From an uncultured Smithella sp. (lineage in GTDB: Bacteria; Desulfobacterota; Syntrophia; Syntrophales; Smithellaceae), in contig CAZYIE010000005.1 of the NCBI GenBank assembly GCA_964646755.1, positions 1 through 61,939 on the forward strand: a DNA stretch of 61,939 nt, given 5' to 3'. The notes under the pieces were generated by a model. The model was not told where the DNA came from, did not search any database, and saw only the letters and a program-made list of their open reading frames with translations. The position numbers were made by a program, and so were the translations under genes. Below are positions 6,657-16,763 of the stretch, one piece after another; within the stretch, counting starts at the first letter, position 1; every line of letters starts with the position of its first letter.

Positions 6657-8463
6657 TTTTATTTTTCTCTTCATTCAGTATCATTCGAAGTAATTGTCGC
6701 GCTTCTTCGGAATCGGGCTTGAGGTAAACAGCCGTTCGAAAATGTTTTATAGCTTCTTCCCGCTCGCCTTTTTGGATCAGCGCAATGCCAATATTGTAAT
6801 GCGCACCAAAATAATCTGGTTGTATTTTAAGCTCCTGCCGGTAGTGATAAATTGCCTCATCATATTTTTTATAGTGCATTTCCAAAATAATCCCTAACTT
6901 ATTGTGTGCATTAGCAAAATTAGGATTAACGCGTATTGTTTCGATAAAATATTTCTCCGCTTCTTCCATGTTTTTTTGATCTAAATATGCACTGGCTAAG
7001 TTATAATAAGCGTGGGAATAAGCAGGCTTAATTTTTATAGCATTTTTATAATTGTTAATTGCTTCTTCGTGTTTTCCTTCGGCATCCAGCGCAACACCCA
7101 AACTATCGTGCGCCCGATAGTTATTTTTTGTAGCTATCAGAGCATGATTAAACAGAGTAATGCTGTTTTTCCAGTAGCCACACTGTTGCCAGGTTAGCAC
7201 CATTAAAACAGTCAGCACAATTGCTGCTGTCGGAATTAAAATAATTTTACGCAGTTTTTCTCTAGGCAATAAGTAATCAGTCCCCCAAACCAGCATGATG
7301 GCAATGCCGATTGATGGAAGATAAGTGTAACGGTCAGCCATAGCCTGATCACCGGCTTGCATCAATCCAATAACAGGAAACAAAGTACCTAAATACCAAA
7401 GCCAGCCAATAGCTAAAAAAGGGATTTTCTTGGCCAGATAAACAACAGCAGCACTTATTGCCAATAGCACAGAAGCAGCTCCTAAAACCTGCCACAATGA
7501 AAAAGAATGCTCATAAGGATAAAAAACCGCCAGATCAACCGGCCAGAATGTTTTACCAAGATAAGATGCGTAAGATACAAGAGCGTTCATTATGCGATCG
7601 GCAAAAGGAACTGCTTGCAGCGAAGCCATATGATTATCGGCGCGTAATTGCCCAATCAGCATAATACCCAAAACTATTGACAGAAGGAAGAATGGCGCCT
7701 TTTCCCATAAAATGTTGCCGATCAATGGGGAGTTACTTTTGACCGGAATAGCTATCTTTTTCTCCAGGGAAGAGGTGGTTTTACTCTGCTTACTTTTTCT
7801 CCTGCCGGTTTTTTGATCAGCGACTGCTGGAGTATTCACTGGAGTTAGCTGTTTTTGCCAGCGGGCCAGAGGCCAATAATCAAGCAAAAGCAGAACACAA
7901 GGCAGTGTAACCAAGGTGGGTTTGGACATGAGGCTCAAAGCAAACAACAGCAGACAAAGACAATATTTAGCAACTTGAGGTTTTTCAACATAATAAGCAT
8001 ATGCATAGAGCGAGCCCATACCGAAAAACATGCTCAAAACATCCTTATGCTCAGCGGCCCAGGCGACTGATTCCACCCGCAAGGGATGAAGGGCAAAAAG
8101 TGCCGCCACAAAGGCGGAAGGCCAAAGACGTTTCGTGGTTTTGTTCAAAAAAAGGAATAAAAAGAGAACAGCGCCAATATGCAAAAGCAGGCTGACGAGG
8201 TGATAACCAGAAGCATTTACTCCAAACATCCGCCATTCCAGCATGATGGAAAGCCAGGTCAGGGGATGCCAGTACTCCAGCCGGGAATTGGTAAATGCCC
8301 ATTGAATACTCTCGGCTGTAATGCCTGATTGAACATAAATGTTTTCCGTGATTAATCTATTATCGTCAAAATTTACAAAGTCATTACCCAGAGTCCTGCC
8401 AAAGGCGATGAAAGAAGCTACTATTAAGAAAGCTATAATTAAATGCTTGTATTTATTATTCAT
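6646..8463 (-). CDS. TMTC-like multi-pass membrane protein (putative GT-C glycosyltransferase) with about 4 C-terminal TPRs, copy A
   Basis: NFDD acidic loop after TM1; WHPLT, HPLRVESVAW, SKPTLVTLP and ADRYTYLP motifs; TPR repeats. Start set at ATG 8463 by identity with copy B. Confidence 0.8.
   Translation of the reverse strand: MNNKYKHLIIAFLIVASFIAFGRTLGNDFVNFDDNRLITENIYVQSGITAESIQWAFTNSRLEYWHPLTWLSIMLEWRMFGVNASGYHLVSLLLHIGAVLFLFLFLNKTTKRLWPSAFVAALFALHPLRVESVAWAAEHKDVLSMFFGMGSLYAYAYYVEKPQVAKYCLCLLLFALSLMSKPTLVTLPCVLLLLDYWPLARWQKQLTPVNTPAVADQKTGRRKSKQSKTTSSLEKKIAIPVKSNSPLIGNILWEKAPFFLLSIVLGIMLIGQLRADNHMASLQAVPFADRIMNALVSYASYLGKTFWPVDLAVFYPYEHSFSLWQVLGAASVLLAISAAVVYLAKKIPFLAIGWLWYLGTLFPVIGLMQAGDQAMADRYTYLPSIGIAIMLVWGTDYLLPREKLRKIILIPTAAIVLTVLMVLTWQQCGYWKNSITLFNHALIATKNNYRAHDSLGVALDAEGKHEEAINNYKNAIKIKPAYSHAYYNLASAYLDQKNMEEAEKYFIETIRVNPNFANAHNKLGIILEMHYKKYDEAIYHYRQELKIQPDYFGAHYNIGIALIQKGEREEAIKHFRTAVYLKPDSEEARQLLRMILNEEKNKTKQ
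7118..8463. repeat. 1346-bp direct repeat, copy 1 (5' part of TPR gene A)
   Basis: Same sequence as 9053-10398 wherever compared by eye; four shadow ORFs in the track recur identically at offset 1935. Confidence 0.92.
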
Positions 8464-8490
8464 CTTCACCACTGCAACAATAAAAGATAG

Positions 8491-10398
8491 CTAACGCTTT
8501 TGCTTAATCGCCAAAGCTACCCGTAATATCTGGCGCGCTTCTTCATAGTCAGGCTTGAGGTAAACAGCCCGACGCAGATATTCGATAGCTTCTTCAATTT
8601 TACCTGTATTAGCCAAAGCCACACCCAAACTCATATAAATTCCGGGATCGTTTTGGTCTATTCGTAACGCCTGACGGAAATGATATAATGCTTCATCATG
8701 CTTAAGCTGTTTTCCTAAACATGTACCCAGATTAATGTGCGCACTCAAATAATCAGGATTAATACTTAAAGACTTGCGGTAATTTGTAATTGCCTCTTCA
8801 ATCTTTCCCTGCTTCTCAAGGGTAATGGCTAGGTTATAATAGGTATCACCTTTATTGGGATCAATTTTAATAGCAGCAAGATAATGAACAACAGCCTCCT
8901 CGTTTTTCCCTTGATCAGCCAATACTTTTCCCAGATCGAAATGAGCGTTATCGTGCTCGGGATAAATATTAATTGCCTTTTGATAATGGGCAATTGCTTC
9001 TTCCGAATTGCCTTGCTTTGAAAGGGCATCGGCTAAACAGTAATGGGCAAGGTAGTTATTTTTTGTAGCTATCAGAGCATGATTAAACAGAGTAATGCTG
9101 TTTTTCCAGTAGCCACACTGTTGCCAGGTTAGCACCATTAAAACAGTCAGCACAATTGCTGCTGTCGGAATTAAAATAATTTTACGCAGTTTTTCTCTAG
9201 GCAATAAGTAATCAGTCCCCCAAACCAGCATGATGGCAATGCCGATTGATGGAAGATAAGTGTAACGGTCAGCCATAGCCTGATCACCGGCTTGCATCAA
9301 TCCAATAACAGGAAACAAAGTACCTAAATACCAAAGCCAGCCAATAGCTAAAAAAGGGATTTTCTTGGCCAGATAAACAACAGCAGCACTTATTGCCAAT
9401 AGCACAGAAGCAGCTCCTAAAACCTGCCACAATGAAAAAGAATGCTCATAAGGATAAAAAACCGCCAGATCAACCGGCCAGAATGTTTTACCAAGATAAG
9501 ATGCGTAAGATACAAGAGCGTTCATTATGCGATCGGCAAAAGGAACTGCTTGCAGCGAAGCCATATGATTATCGGCGCGTAATTGCCCAATCAGCATAAT
9601 ACCCAAAACTATTGACAGAAGGAAGAATGGCGCCTTTTCCCATAAAATGTTGCCGATCAATGGGGAGTTACTTTTGACCGGAATAGCTATCTTTTTCTCC
9701 AGGGAAGAGGTGGTTTTACTCTGCTTACTTTTTCTCCTGCCGGTTTTTTGATCAGCGACTGCTGGAGTATTCACTGGAGTTAGCTGTTTTTGCCAGCGGG
9801 CCAGAGGCCAATAATCAAGCAAAAGCAGAACACAAGGCAGTGTAACCAAGGTGGGTTTGGACATGAGGCTCAAAGCAAACAACAGCAGACAAAGACAATA
9901 TTTAGCAACTTGAGGTTTTTCAACATAATAAGCATATGCATAGAGCGAGCCCATACCGAAAAACATGCTCAAAACATCCTTATGCTCAGCGGCCCAGGCG
10001 ACTGATTCCACCCGCAAGGGATGAAGGGCAAAAAGTGCCGCCACAAAGGCGGAAGGCCAAAGACGTTTCGTGGTTTTGTTCAAAAAAAGGAATAAAAAGA
10101 GAACAGCGCCAATATGCAAAAGCAGGCTGACGAGGTGATAACCAGAAGCATTTACTCCAAACATCCGCCATTCCAGCATGATGGAAAGCCAGGTCAGGGG
10201 ATGCCAGTACTCCAGCCGGGAATTGGTAAATGCCCATTGAATACTCTCGGCTGTAATGCCTGATTGAACATAAATGTTTTCCGTGATTAATCTATTATCG
10301 TCAAAATTTACAAAGTCATTACCCAGAGTCCTGCCAAAGGCGATGAAAGAAGCTACTATTAAGAAAGCTATAATTAAATGCTTGTATTTATTATTCAT
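8491..10398 (-). CDS. TMTC-like multi-pass membrane protein (putative GT-C glycosyltransferase) with about 5 C-terminal TPRs, copy B
   Basis: Identical to copy A up to ...ATKNNY, then a different TPR array. Confidence 0.8.
   Translation of the reverse strand: MNNKYKHLIIAFLIVASFIAFGRTLGNDFVNFDDNRLITENIYVQSGITAESIQWAFTNSRLEYWHPLTWLSIMLEWRMFGVNASGYHLVSLLLHIGAVLFLFLFLNKTTKRLWPSAFVAALFALHPLRVESVAWAAEHKDVLSMFFGMGSLYAYAYYVEKPQVAKYCLCLLLFALSLMSKPTLVTLPCVLLLLDYWPLARWQKQLTPVNTPAVADQKTGRRKSKQSKTTSSLEKKIAIPVKSNSPLIGNILWEKAPFFLLSIVLGIMLIGQLRADNHMASLQAVPFADRIMNALVSYASYLGKTFWPVDLAVFYPYEHSFSLWQVLGAASVLLAISAAVVYLAKKIPFLAIGWLWYLGTLFPVIGLMQAGDQAMADRYTYLPSIGIAIMLVWGTDYLLPREKLRKIILIPTAAIVLTVLMVLTWQQCGYWKNSITLFNHALIATKNNYLAHYCLADALSKQGNSEEAIAHYQKAINIYPEHDNAHFDLGKVLADQGKNEEAVVHYLAAIKIDPNKGDTYYNLAITLEKQGKIEEAITNYRKSLSINPDYLSAHINLGTCLGKQLKHDEALYHFRQALRIDQNDPGIYMSLGVALANTGKIEEAIEYLRRAVYLKPDYEEARQILRVALAIKQKR
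9053..10398. repeat. 1346-bp direct repeat, copy 2 (5' part of TPR gene B)
   Basis: Offset 1935 from copy 1; identity starts exactly at the ATG and ends at the first TPR. Confidence 0.92.
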
Positions 10399-10535
10399 TC
10401 TTTGAAAGGGTCCAATAAAACTTAACAGCGATAAAAATTTTGTTACTTCTATATTTATAACGGGAACAATCAGCTACAAAACAGCTTTTGGGGGAAAACT
10501 GGTAACTACATTGAACACCTTTGCCTTTGGAAAAT

Positions 10536-11093
10536 CTAACCACGTTTGCCGATGATCTGCGCCGGCACACCGGAAACAATGGTGTAATCCTCGACATCTT
10601 TCACGACAACGGCACCGGCTGCAACAATTGCCCCACGGCCAATTGTAATACCACCCGGAATACAAACATGGGCACCGATCCACACATCGTCGTTTATAAC
10701 AACAGGGGCCATAATATGATCCAAACTTGTCATCGGGCGATCCAATTGATTAAAATTGTGCCCTGAAGAATATATCGCGGTATGGGGGCCAATCATGACG
10801 CCATCACCGATTGTAATTCCACCCCGGCCGTCGATGATCGCTCCGGAGTTGACGGAGAAATTATGTCCTGCCTCAATGCCGTAAGTATGTGTAAAATAAA
10901 CACCTGGATAGATGAGAGCCAAAGATTTAATTTTTTTGAAAAGAAGTTTATAGAAACCGTAACGGACAAGCATGCCCTCCATGGAAGGAAGATTGCGAGT
11001 TATCCACCCGACATACTCCTCTAGCCAGATATGAAAAAGATGCCCGGAATACCGCCCCAGAAACCGCCCTATTGGACCGACTTGCTTTTCCAT
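10536..11093 (-). CDS. Hexapeptide-repeat (LbH) O-acyltransferase
   Basis: GGITIGDGVMIGP, VWIGAHVCIPGGITIGRGAIVAAGAVV and GVPA motifs typical of sugar O-acetyltransferases. Confidence 0.85.
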   Translation of the reverse strand: MEKQVGPIGRFLGRYSGHLFHIWLEEYVGWITRNLPSMEGMLVRYGFYKLLFKKIKSLALIYPGVYFTHTYGIEAGHNFSVNSGAIIDGRGGITIGDGVMIGPHTAIYSSGHNFNQLDRPMTSLDHIMAPVVINDDVWIGAHVCIPGGITIGRGAIVAAGAVVVKDVEDYTIVSGVPAQIIGKRG

Positions 11094-11127
11094 TAAGCAC
11101 TTCCCCCGTACATTTTTCCCTTTTTAA

Positions 11128-11865
11128 TCATTTTTTAACTAATACGATTTTCGAAAACATAGCACAACTATCCATCCAACGGGCAAGCAATCTCTCCAGA
11201 AAATGCCAAACCCCGAAGGTCCAGCCCGGCTGCAAACTGATTAGCGATACTCCGCCGGACAAAAGATAGCGAAACGGCATCATCGGCGCAATACTGCCGA
11301 TATGCAATTGAGGAAATTCATTTTCAAACTGCTTTCTGTCCCGGCAAAATACAATCCAGGGCAGGGCTCCATTAGCCCCGGAAAGCGGACCTTCACTTGC
11401 AAACTCCCACTGTCTGGAGTCAGGCCGGAATGGTTCATGATGAAACCTAGAATAGACAAAGTGCGACCATGATGTCACCCATGGTTCCACCATTACCACT
11501 ACGCCTCCGGGACGAAGACACCGTACTGCCTCGCACAGGAATAGCCGGGGCTTGGGCAGATGATGAAACACATCCGTCATTACGATTGCTTTGAGTGATC
11601 CGTCGGCAAATGGTAAATGTCCGGCATCAAGGACAATATCGATATCCAAAAGATAAAAGCATTCCGATGTGATAACACCCGGCGCGAAGTTTTTAAAAAA
11701 CCCGGCACCTGCACCTATCTCCAGAACAGAACCGCTTCCATCAGGGATGGCACTGACCAAAGCTTGATACCATTCTTCATAGATGCGGCGAAGAAATTTT
11801 TTTTCTTGAATTATACGCCGCCTCAGATAAACGATTTCCGGTGAATCGATATTAATGCCTTGCAT
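11128..11865 (-). CDS. Class I SAM-dependent methyltransferase
   Basis: VLEIGAGAG motif I; LPFADGSL; DVFHH; LRPGG. Confidence 0.85.
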   Translation of the reverse strand: MQGINIDSPEIVYLRRRIIQEKKFLRRIYEEWYQALVSAIPDGSGSVLEIGAGAGFFKNFAPGVITSECFYLLDIDIVLDAGHLPFADGSLKAIVMTDVFHHLPKPRLFLCEAVRCLRPGGVVVMVEPWVTSWSHFVYSRFHHEPFRPDSRQWEFASEGPLSGANGALPWIVFCRDRKQFENEFPQLHIGSIAPMMPFRYLLSGGVSLISLQPGWTFGVWHFLERLLARWMDSCAMFSKIVLVKK

Positions 11866-11905
11866 CAAGGGATGTACAAATAGTGATTTAATTATGGTAT
11901 TTCCT

Positions 11906-13360
11906 TCAAATAAATTTTATTCTTAACGCGGCAAAGCAGACCATGCGCAGCAGCAGCCAACCGTGCTTCCAACGGCTTATATTGGTTGTTCCGTAAGTGC
12001 GTTCCCGGTAACGAATCGGAACTTCACTGATTTTGAGATTCAATTTGGCAGCGCCAAATAAAAGGTCGAAATCGCCAAAAGGATCAAAGTCGCCAAAATA
12101 CGATCTATTAGCAGCAATCCTTTCATAATCCTTTTTCCAAAGCACCTTAGTGCCGCATAAAGTATCCTTAATCGGCTGTCCCAGCAACCAGGAAAAGGCC
12201 AAACTGAAAAACTTGTTTCCCAGAAGGTTAAAAAAGCGCATCGCTTCTTTTTCCATGGGATATACTAAGCGCACTCCGTTGACGAATTCGGCTTTACCGC
12301 TGGCCAGAACATCATAAAATCTGGGCAGGTCTTCCGGCGGCACTGTAAGATCAGCATCCAGAATCATCAGAATATCGCCGGTAGCATGTTGGAAACCCAG
12401 GCGAACTGCATCGCCTTTCCCCTGGCCGGTCTGGCGCAGAAGTTTAGATAAACGCTGGGGATTATCGGCCATTGCCTTTTCAATAACTTCATAAGTGTTA
12501 TCCGTTGATCCGCCTTCAACGAAGATTAACTCCGTACCACCCCCCATTTCCGGCACTTCGGCAAATATTTTTTGTATATTCCCGGCTTCATTGCGCGCGG
12601 GGATAATAACAGATACCTTAGGCACTTGCGCTGCGGCTGCAACCATCGAACATGGCCGGGCTATGATGATGTTAGTTAATGCAAACCAACGGAAAGGCCA
12701 GATTTTGACAATAAATCGATTTAAAAGGGAATCCACCAGTGGTGTACGGAGCGGCCAGACTATTTCCTCCCAGTGCCTGATGACTTCAAAATCAGCGAGT
12801 GAGAGCAAACCGCTTACGTCTTCCACAGTAAGCCAATTTTGGGGCAACAATGGTTTGGCCAGACCCAACTTGCGGATAATCCTGAATGGTACTTCCCATA
12901 ACCTGCTGTACGTCGTGATAATGACCCTTGAGCCGGATGTGGCAAGAGGCCTTATATTCTGCAATACTGTCTGCACATCCCATAAATCATTAACCAGATC
13001 AGATAGAATAATAAAATCAAAATGCTCTTTTAAATCAATTTCCTGCGCGTCGGCTTGTATAAAGTGCAAATCAGGATGGCTGTTCCTGGCAAGCTCTATC
13101 ATCTGTGGAGAAAAATCTACACCGACACCATACGAAGGCGCAAGAGAGGCAAGCAAATCGCCCTGTTCGCAGCCTACCTCCATTACCCGCTGTCCGGAAG
13201 GAACAACAAATTTTAATACATCATGCAAGCGCTTGTGGTAATAATTGCTGATCCCCTGCCATTTATCTATGCTTCCGGCGATGCTGTTCCAATGAGATAT
13301 GCGCTTTTTTTGATAAATCGCATAGTCTGATTTGGTTTTATTGAAATCTGTTTCGATCAA
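11906..13360 (-). CDS. Fusion of an N-terminal SAM-dependent methyltransferase and a C-terminal family-2 glycosyltransferase (polyprenol-phosphate-sugar synthase-like)
   Basis: VMEVGCEQG and GVDFS (MTase); IIPARNEAGNI, GKGDA, ILDADL and RYRERTYGTTN (DPM1-like GT2). TTG start is uncertain. Confidence 0.82.
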   Translation of the reverse strand: MIETDFNKTKSDYAIYQKKRISHWNSIAGSIDKWQGISNYYHKRLHDVLKFVVPSGQRVMEVGCEQGDLLASLAPSYGVGVDFSPQMIELARNSHPDLHFIQADAQEIDLKEHFDFIILSDLVNDLWDVQTVLQNIRPLATSGSRVIITTYSRLWEVPFRIIRKLGLAKPLLPQNWLTVEDVSGLLSLADFEVIRHWEEIVWPLRTPLVDSLLNRFIVKIWPFRWFALTNIIIARPCSMVAAAAQVPKVSVIIPARNEAGNIQKIFAEVPEMGGGTELIFVEGGSTDNTYEVIEKAMADNPQRLSKLLRQTGQGKGDAVRLGFQHATGDILMILDADLTVPPEDLPRFYDVLASGKAEFVNGVRLVYPMEKEAMRFFNLLGNKFFSLAFSWLLGQPIKDTLCGTKVLWKKDYERIAANRSYFGDFDPFGDFDLLFGAAKLNLKISEVPIRYRERTYGTTNISRWKHGWLLLRMVCFAALRIKFI

Positions 13361-13378
13361 GAGCTTAATCCCGCCCCT

Positions 13379-14416
13379 CTACGAAAATTGATTTTGCAGT
13401 TTCTGCTGTTGCACTTTTGCCTGGGCAACAATTCTTTCTATGACTTCGGTAACTGATGGTTCGTCGGAAATCAGGCCGGTTGCCTGGCCTACGGGAAGAA
13501 TTCCTGTTTTTGTGTTTCCATCTTCCGTGGCCTGCTGGAACGCTTTGAAGCCGTTGGCCAAGAAGGCCATCGACCGTGCGCCTTTCCATCCGGAAAGCAG
13601 TGTACCTAAAAATAATTTTAAATAGGGCATTTCCATCTGACGGGCAACATCCCGGGAATTGATAAAAGCCGCCGGCAGATCCAACCCTTTTTTAAATGCT
13701 TTTTCAGCCGCAGATGTTTTCAGAACGCGGCATAATATCCCGTCGAAACGGGTGGAGAACATTGTATCCGTAACGTCTTTTTCGATGGACAACCGCTTAT
13801 AGTTGTCATGCAGCGGACTTTCTTTAGTGGTCATAAAACGGGTCCCCATGGCAATTCCTTCCGCACCTAAAGCCAGTGCTGCTGCCAGTCCCCGGCCATC
13901 GGCAAAACCGCCGGCGGCAATAATCGGAATATTCACCGCGTCCGCCAAAGAGGGAATCAGCACGAGCGAGGTTACATACTCACCGTGCGCCGCGGCTTCG
14001 TATCCAGTAGATATAACTGCATCCACTCCGTATTCCTGCGCCCTTTTGGCATGGCGGGCATTAACGACAGTCGCGACAACTTTCCCGCCGTAAGCGTGCG
14101 CACCCTTGACAATCCAGTCACCTTTCCCCAGAGCAAAATTTATCACCGGCACTTTTTCTTCTAATAAAACTTCGGCATTTTTCAAGGCTGCCGGAATAAG
14201 AAGGGTGGCATTCGCTCCAAAAGGCTTATCTGTAAGATCGCGTATTTCCCTTATTGCCTGACGTGTTTGCGCAGGGGTATAAGGACCGGTAGCGAGAATC
14301 CCCAGGCCTCCGGCATTGGAAACCGCCGCCACCATTTTCGGCACACTTATCCAACTCATGCCGGATAAAATAATGGGATATTTGATGCCAAACAGTTCGG
14401 TTATACGCGTTTTCAT
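13379..14416 (-). CDS. Nitronate monooxygenase/FabK-like FMN-dependent oxidoreductase
   Basis: KTRITELFGIKYPII, VSNAGGLG, EAAAHG, IIAAGGFADGRG and MGTRF motifs; AAGGAG RBS before ATG 14416. Confidence 0.85.
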   Translation of the reverse strand: MKTRITELFGIKYPIILSGMSWISVPKMVAAVSNAGGLGILATGPYTPAQTRQAIREIRDLTDKPFGANATLLIPAALKNAEVLLEEKVPVINFALGKGDWIVKGAHAYGGKVVATVVNARHAKRAQEYGVDAVISTGYEAAAHGEYVTSLVLIPSLADAVNIPIIAAGGFADGRGLAAALALGAEGIAMGTRFMTTKESPLHDNYKRLSIEKDVTDTMFSTRFDGILCRVLKTSAAEKAFKKGLDLPAAFINSRDVARQMEMPYLKLFLGTLLSGWKGARSMAFLANGFKAFQQATEDGNTKTGILPVGQATGLISDEPSVTEVIERIVAQAKVQQQKLQNQFS

Positions 14417-14433
14417 AAGCACTCCTTTTTTCA

Positions 14434-14478
14434 ATAAAAAATTAAGGCGGGGCCAATCCTGAAACTCAGACCCCGCCT
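14434..14478 (-). terminator. Intrinsic terminator-like hairpin after the acyl-CoA dehydrogenase gene
   Basis: AGGCGGGG/CCCCGCCT stem (14445-14452/14471-14478) followed on the minus strand by TAATTTTTT. Confidence 0.6.
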
Positions 14479-14496
14479 GAAAATTATTTGTTATAA

Positions 14497-15639
14497 CTAC
14501 TTCGCCTGCAAAGCCCGGCCAATGGTCATTATTTCCGCTTCTTTCGTTCCTTCATAAAGCTCCAGAATTTTCGCATCACGATACCATTTTTGCACGGGGT
14601 ATTCTTCAATGTAGCCGTAACCACCGTGCAGTTCAACTGCATAATTGGCGCAAAACACCGCTGTCTGTCCGCCGTAGAATTTTGCCATTGCCGCCAGCGT
14701 GTAATCGGGTGTTCCCTGATCAATCAACCAGGCAGCCTTGTAAACAAGACCGCGCAGAGCTTCGATGCGTATTGCCATTTCCGTTAACTTCATCTGGGTA
14801 AGCTGATATGATCCCAGAGGTGCGCCAAAGGCTGTTCTTTCCTTGACATATTTAATGCTTGTTTCCAGGCAAGCCTCCGATAAACCCAGCGCCTGGCCGG
14901 AAACCATAACTCGAGTGGTATCAAAAAAGTGCATCAGTTCGCGAAATCCATGTCCTTCTTTTCCTACAAGATTGGCTTGGGGAACACGCACATCTTCCAG
15001 AGCAATTTCCGCAGTATCACTGGCACGAATTCCCATTTTTCCATGAAGTTTGTTACGCGTCACTCCTTTGGCCTCAGCCGGGATGATAATCAAACTAAAG
15101 CTATTGTGCTTTTTTTCTTCCGGATTGGTAATGCACTGCGTAACCATGAAATCGCAGACGGTACCATTCGTGATAAACATTTTATTGCCATTGACTACAT
15201 AGTCACTGCCATCCTTGACAGCTCTCGTCTTGTAACCGGCAACATCTGTTCCGGCATTGGGCTCAGTAAAGGAACCCGCACTGACTTTTTCACCTGAGCA
15301 TACCGTCGGCAGATAAGTCTTTTTCTGTTCTTCACTACCATACTGAAAAATTGATTCACATCCGAAGGACGCGGCAGTAATATTCAGGCCAATACCCATA
15401 TCCACTTTGGACAATTCTTCGGTAATAATGGCGTTGCCTAAAATACCAGCACCGGCCCCACCATACTCTTCCGGAATCCAGGCGCCGACCAGACCATTTT
15501 CCGCTGCTTTTTTTCTAATTTCCGGTGTGTATTTTTCCTGTTCATCGCATTCCTGGGAAATAGGCGTTATTTCCGCCACGGCAAATTTGTAGGCCATTTC
15601 CTTCAACATCTTCAGTTCTTCAGTTAAGTTAAAATCCAT
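14497..15639 (-). CDS. Acyl-CoA dehydrogenase (short-chain/butyryl-CoA type)
   Basis: FTEPNAGTD, NGNKMFITNG, KMGIRAS, GGYGYIEEYPV and YEGT (catalytic Glu) motifs. Confidence 0.93.
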   Translation of the reverse strand: MDFNLTEELKMLKEMAYKFAVAEITPISQECDEQEKYTPEIRKKAAENGLVGAWIPEEYGGAGAGILGNAIITEELSKVDMGIGLNITAASFGCESIFQYGSEEQKKTYLPTVCSGEKVSAGSFTEPNAGTDVAGYKTRAVKDGSDYVVNGNKMFITNGTVCDFMVTQCITNPEEKKHNSFSLIIIPAEAKGVTRNKLHGKMGIRASDTAEIALEDVRVPQANLVGKEGHGFRELMHFFDTTRVMVSGQALGLSEACLETSIKYVKERTAFGAPLGSYQLTQMKLTEMAIRIEALRGLVYKAAWLIDQGTPDYTLAAMAKFYGGQTAVFCANYAVELHGGYGYIEEYPVQKWYRDAKILELYEGTKEAEIMTIGRALQAK

Positions 15640-15707
15640 CTCCCATCTCCTTTAAGCTTATTTTGTCTGGCGGAAAACACCAGCACAAGTTTTTTGTGAG
15701 CTGCATT

Positions 15708-16565
15708 TTATTTTTTACTATAGTCGTAAACACCCTTGCCTGATTTGCGTCCGAAGTTACCGGCACGGACAAGTTTTCTCAAAAGAGGAGCGGGGCGGTA
15801 TTTATCACCCAGTTCCCGATGCAATCCCTCAACAACACGCAGCAGAGTATCGTTGCCGACCAGATCAGACAGAGCCAGAGGCCCAATAGGATGGTTGCAA
15901 CCCAGAACCATGCCTTTATCAATATCTTCCGCAGTCGCCAAGCCTTCATCCAGAACGAAGAAGGCCTCATTGATCATATTGCAGAGAATTCTGTTCACAA
16001 CAAACGCCGGAGCCTCTTTGACTATAATTACTTCTTTGCCGATTTTCTTGCCCCAGGCTTTGGCAATCTCGAGAGTTTCATCAGAAGTCTGATGACCACG
16101 AATTATCTCCAGCAGGCGCATAACCGGGACGGGATTGAAAAAATGAGTCCCGATAAAACGATCCGGCCTTTTGGTTACGGAAGCCATTTCGGTGATGCTC
16201 AGCCCCGATGTATTCGTAAAAAATAAACAATGCTGGGGGACTATTTCTTCGAGTTCGGCATAAACCTTTTTCTTCACATCCATCACTTCAATAACAACTT
16301 CGACAACCACATCTGCTCCGGCAGCAGCCTCTTTTAAATCCAGCGTTGGTTTAATACGTCCCAGAATCGCGCCCGCCTGATCTTGAGTCATTTTCCCTTT
16401 TTCCACATCGCGGCTCAGATTTTTTTTAATGTTGTTCATGCCGCCATCAATGAACCTCTGCTCAATATCCCTCAATGTTACATCATAGCCTGCCTGCGCA
16501 GAAACCTGGGCAATGCCATTTCCCATCAGGCCCGCACCCAACACACAAATTTTCTTAATTTCCAT
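15708..16565 (-). CDS. hbd: 3-hydroxybutyryl-CoA/3-hydroxyacyl-CoA dehydrogenase
   Basis: [10 protein letters not shown] Rossmann motif; TNTS; [11 protein letters not shown]; HPIGPL; GRKSGKG. Confidence 0.92.
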   Translation of the reverse strand: MEIKKICVLGAGLMGNGIAQVSAQAGYDVTLRDIEQRFIDGGMNNIKKNLSRDVEKGKMTQDQAGAILGRIKPTLDLKEAAAGADVVVEVVIEVMDVKKKVYAELEEIVPQHCLFFTNTSGLSITEMASVTKRPDRFIGTHFFNPVPVMRLLEIIRGHQTSDETLEIAKAWGKKIGKEVIIVKEAPAFVVNRILCNMINEAFFVLDEGLATAEDIDKGMVLGCNHPIGPLALSDLVGNDTLLRVVEGLHRELGDKYRPAPLLRKLVRAGNFGRKSGKGVYDYSKK

Positions 16566-16763
16566 TTTTACTTCCCCTTCCATCTGTCTATTTTTATTGG
16601 ATAAATAATAATTTACTTTTTTATCCAGTATTGAAAAATTTTCTGAAAACTAACAGACTAAGCATATTGAAGTCAAGAAAAACATCAATAAAATTGAAGA
16701 CAAAATTAATGAATTTGCAAAAATTTAATTGCATAGCAAAACAGCATATGTCAAAGTTTACCC

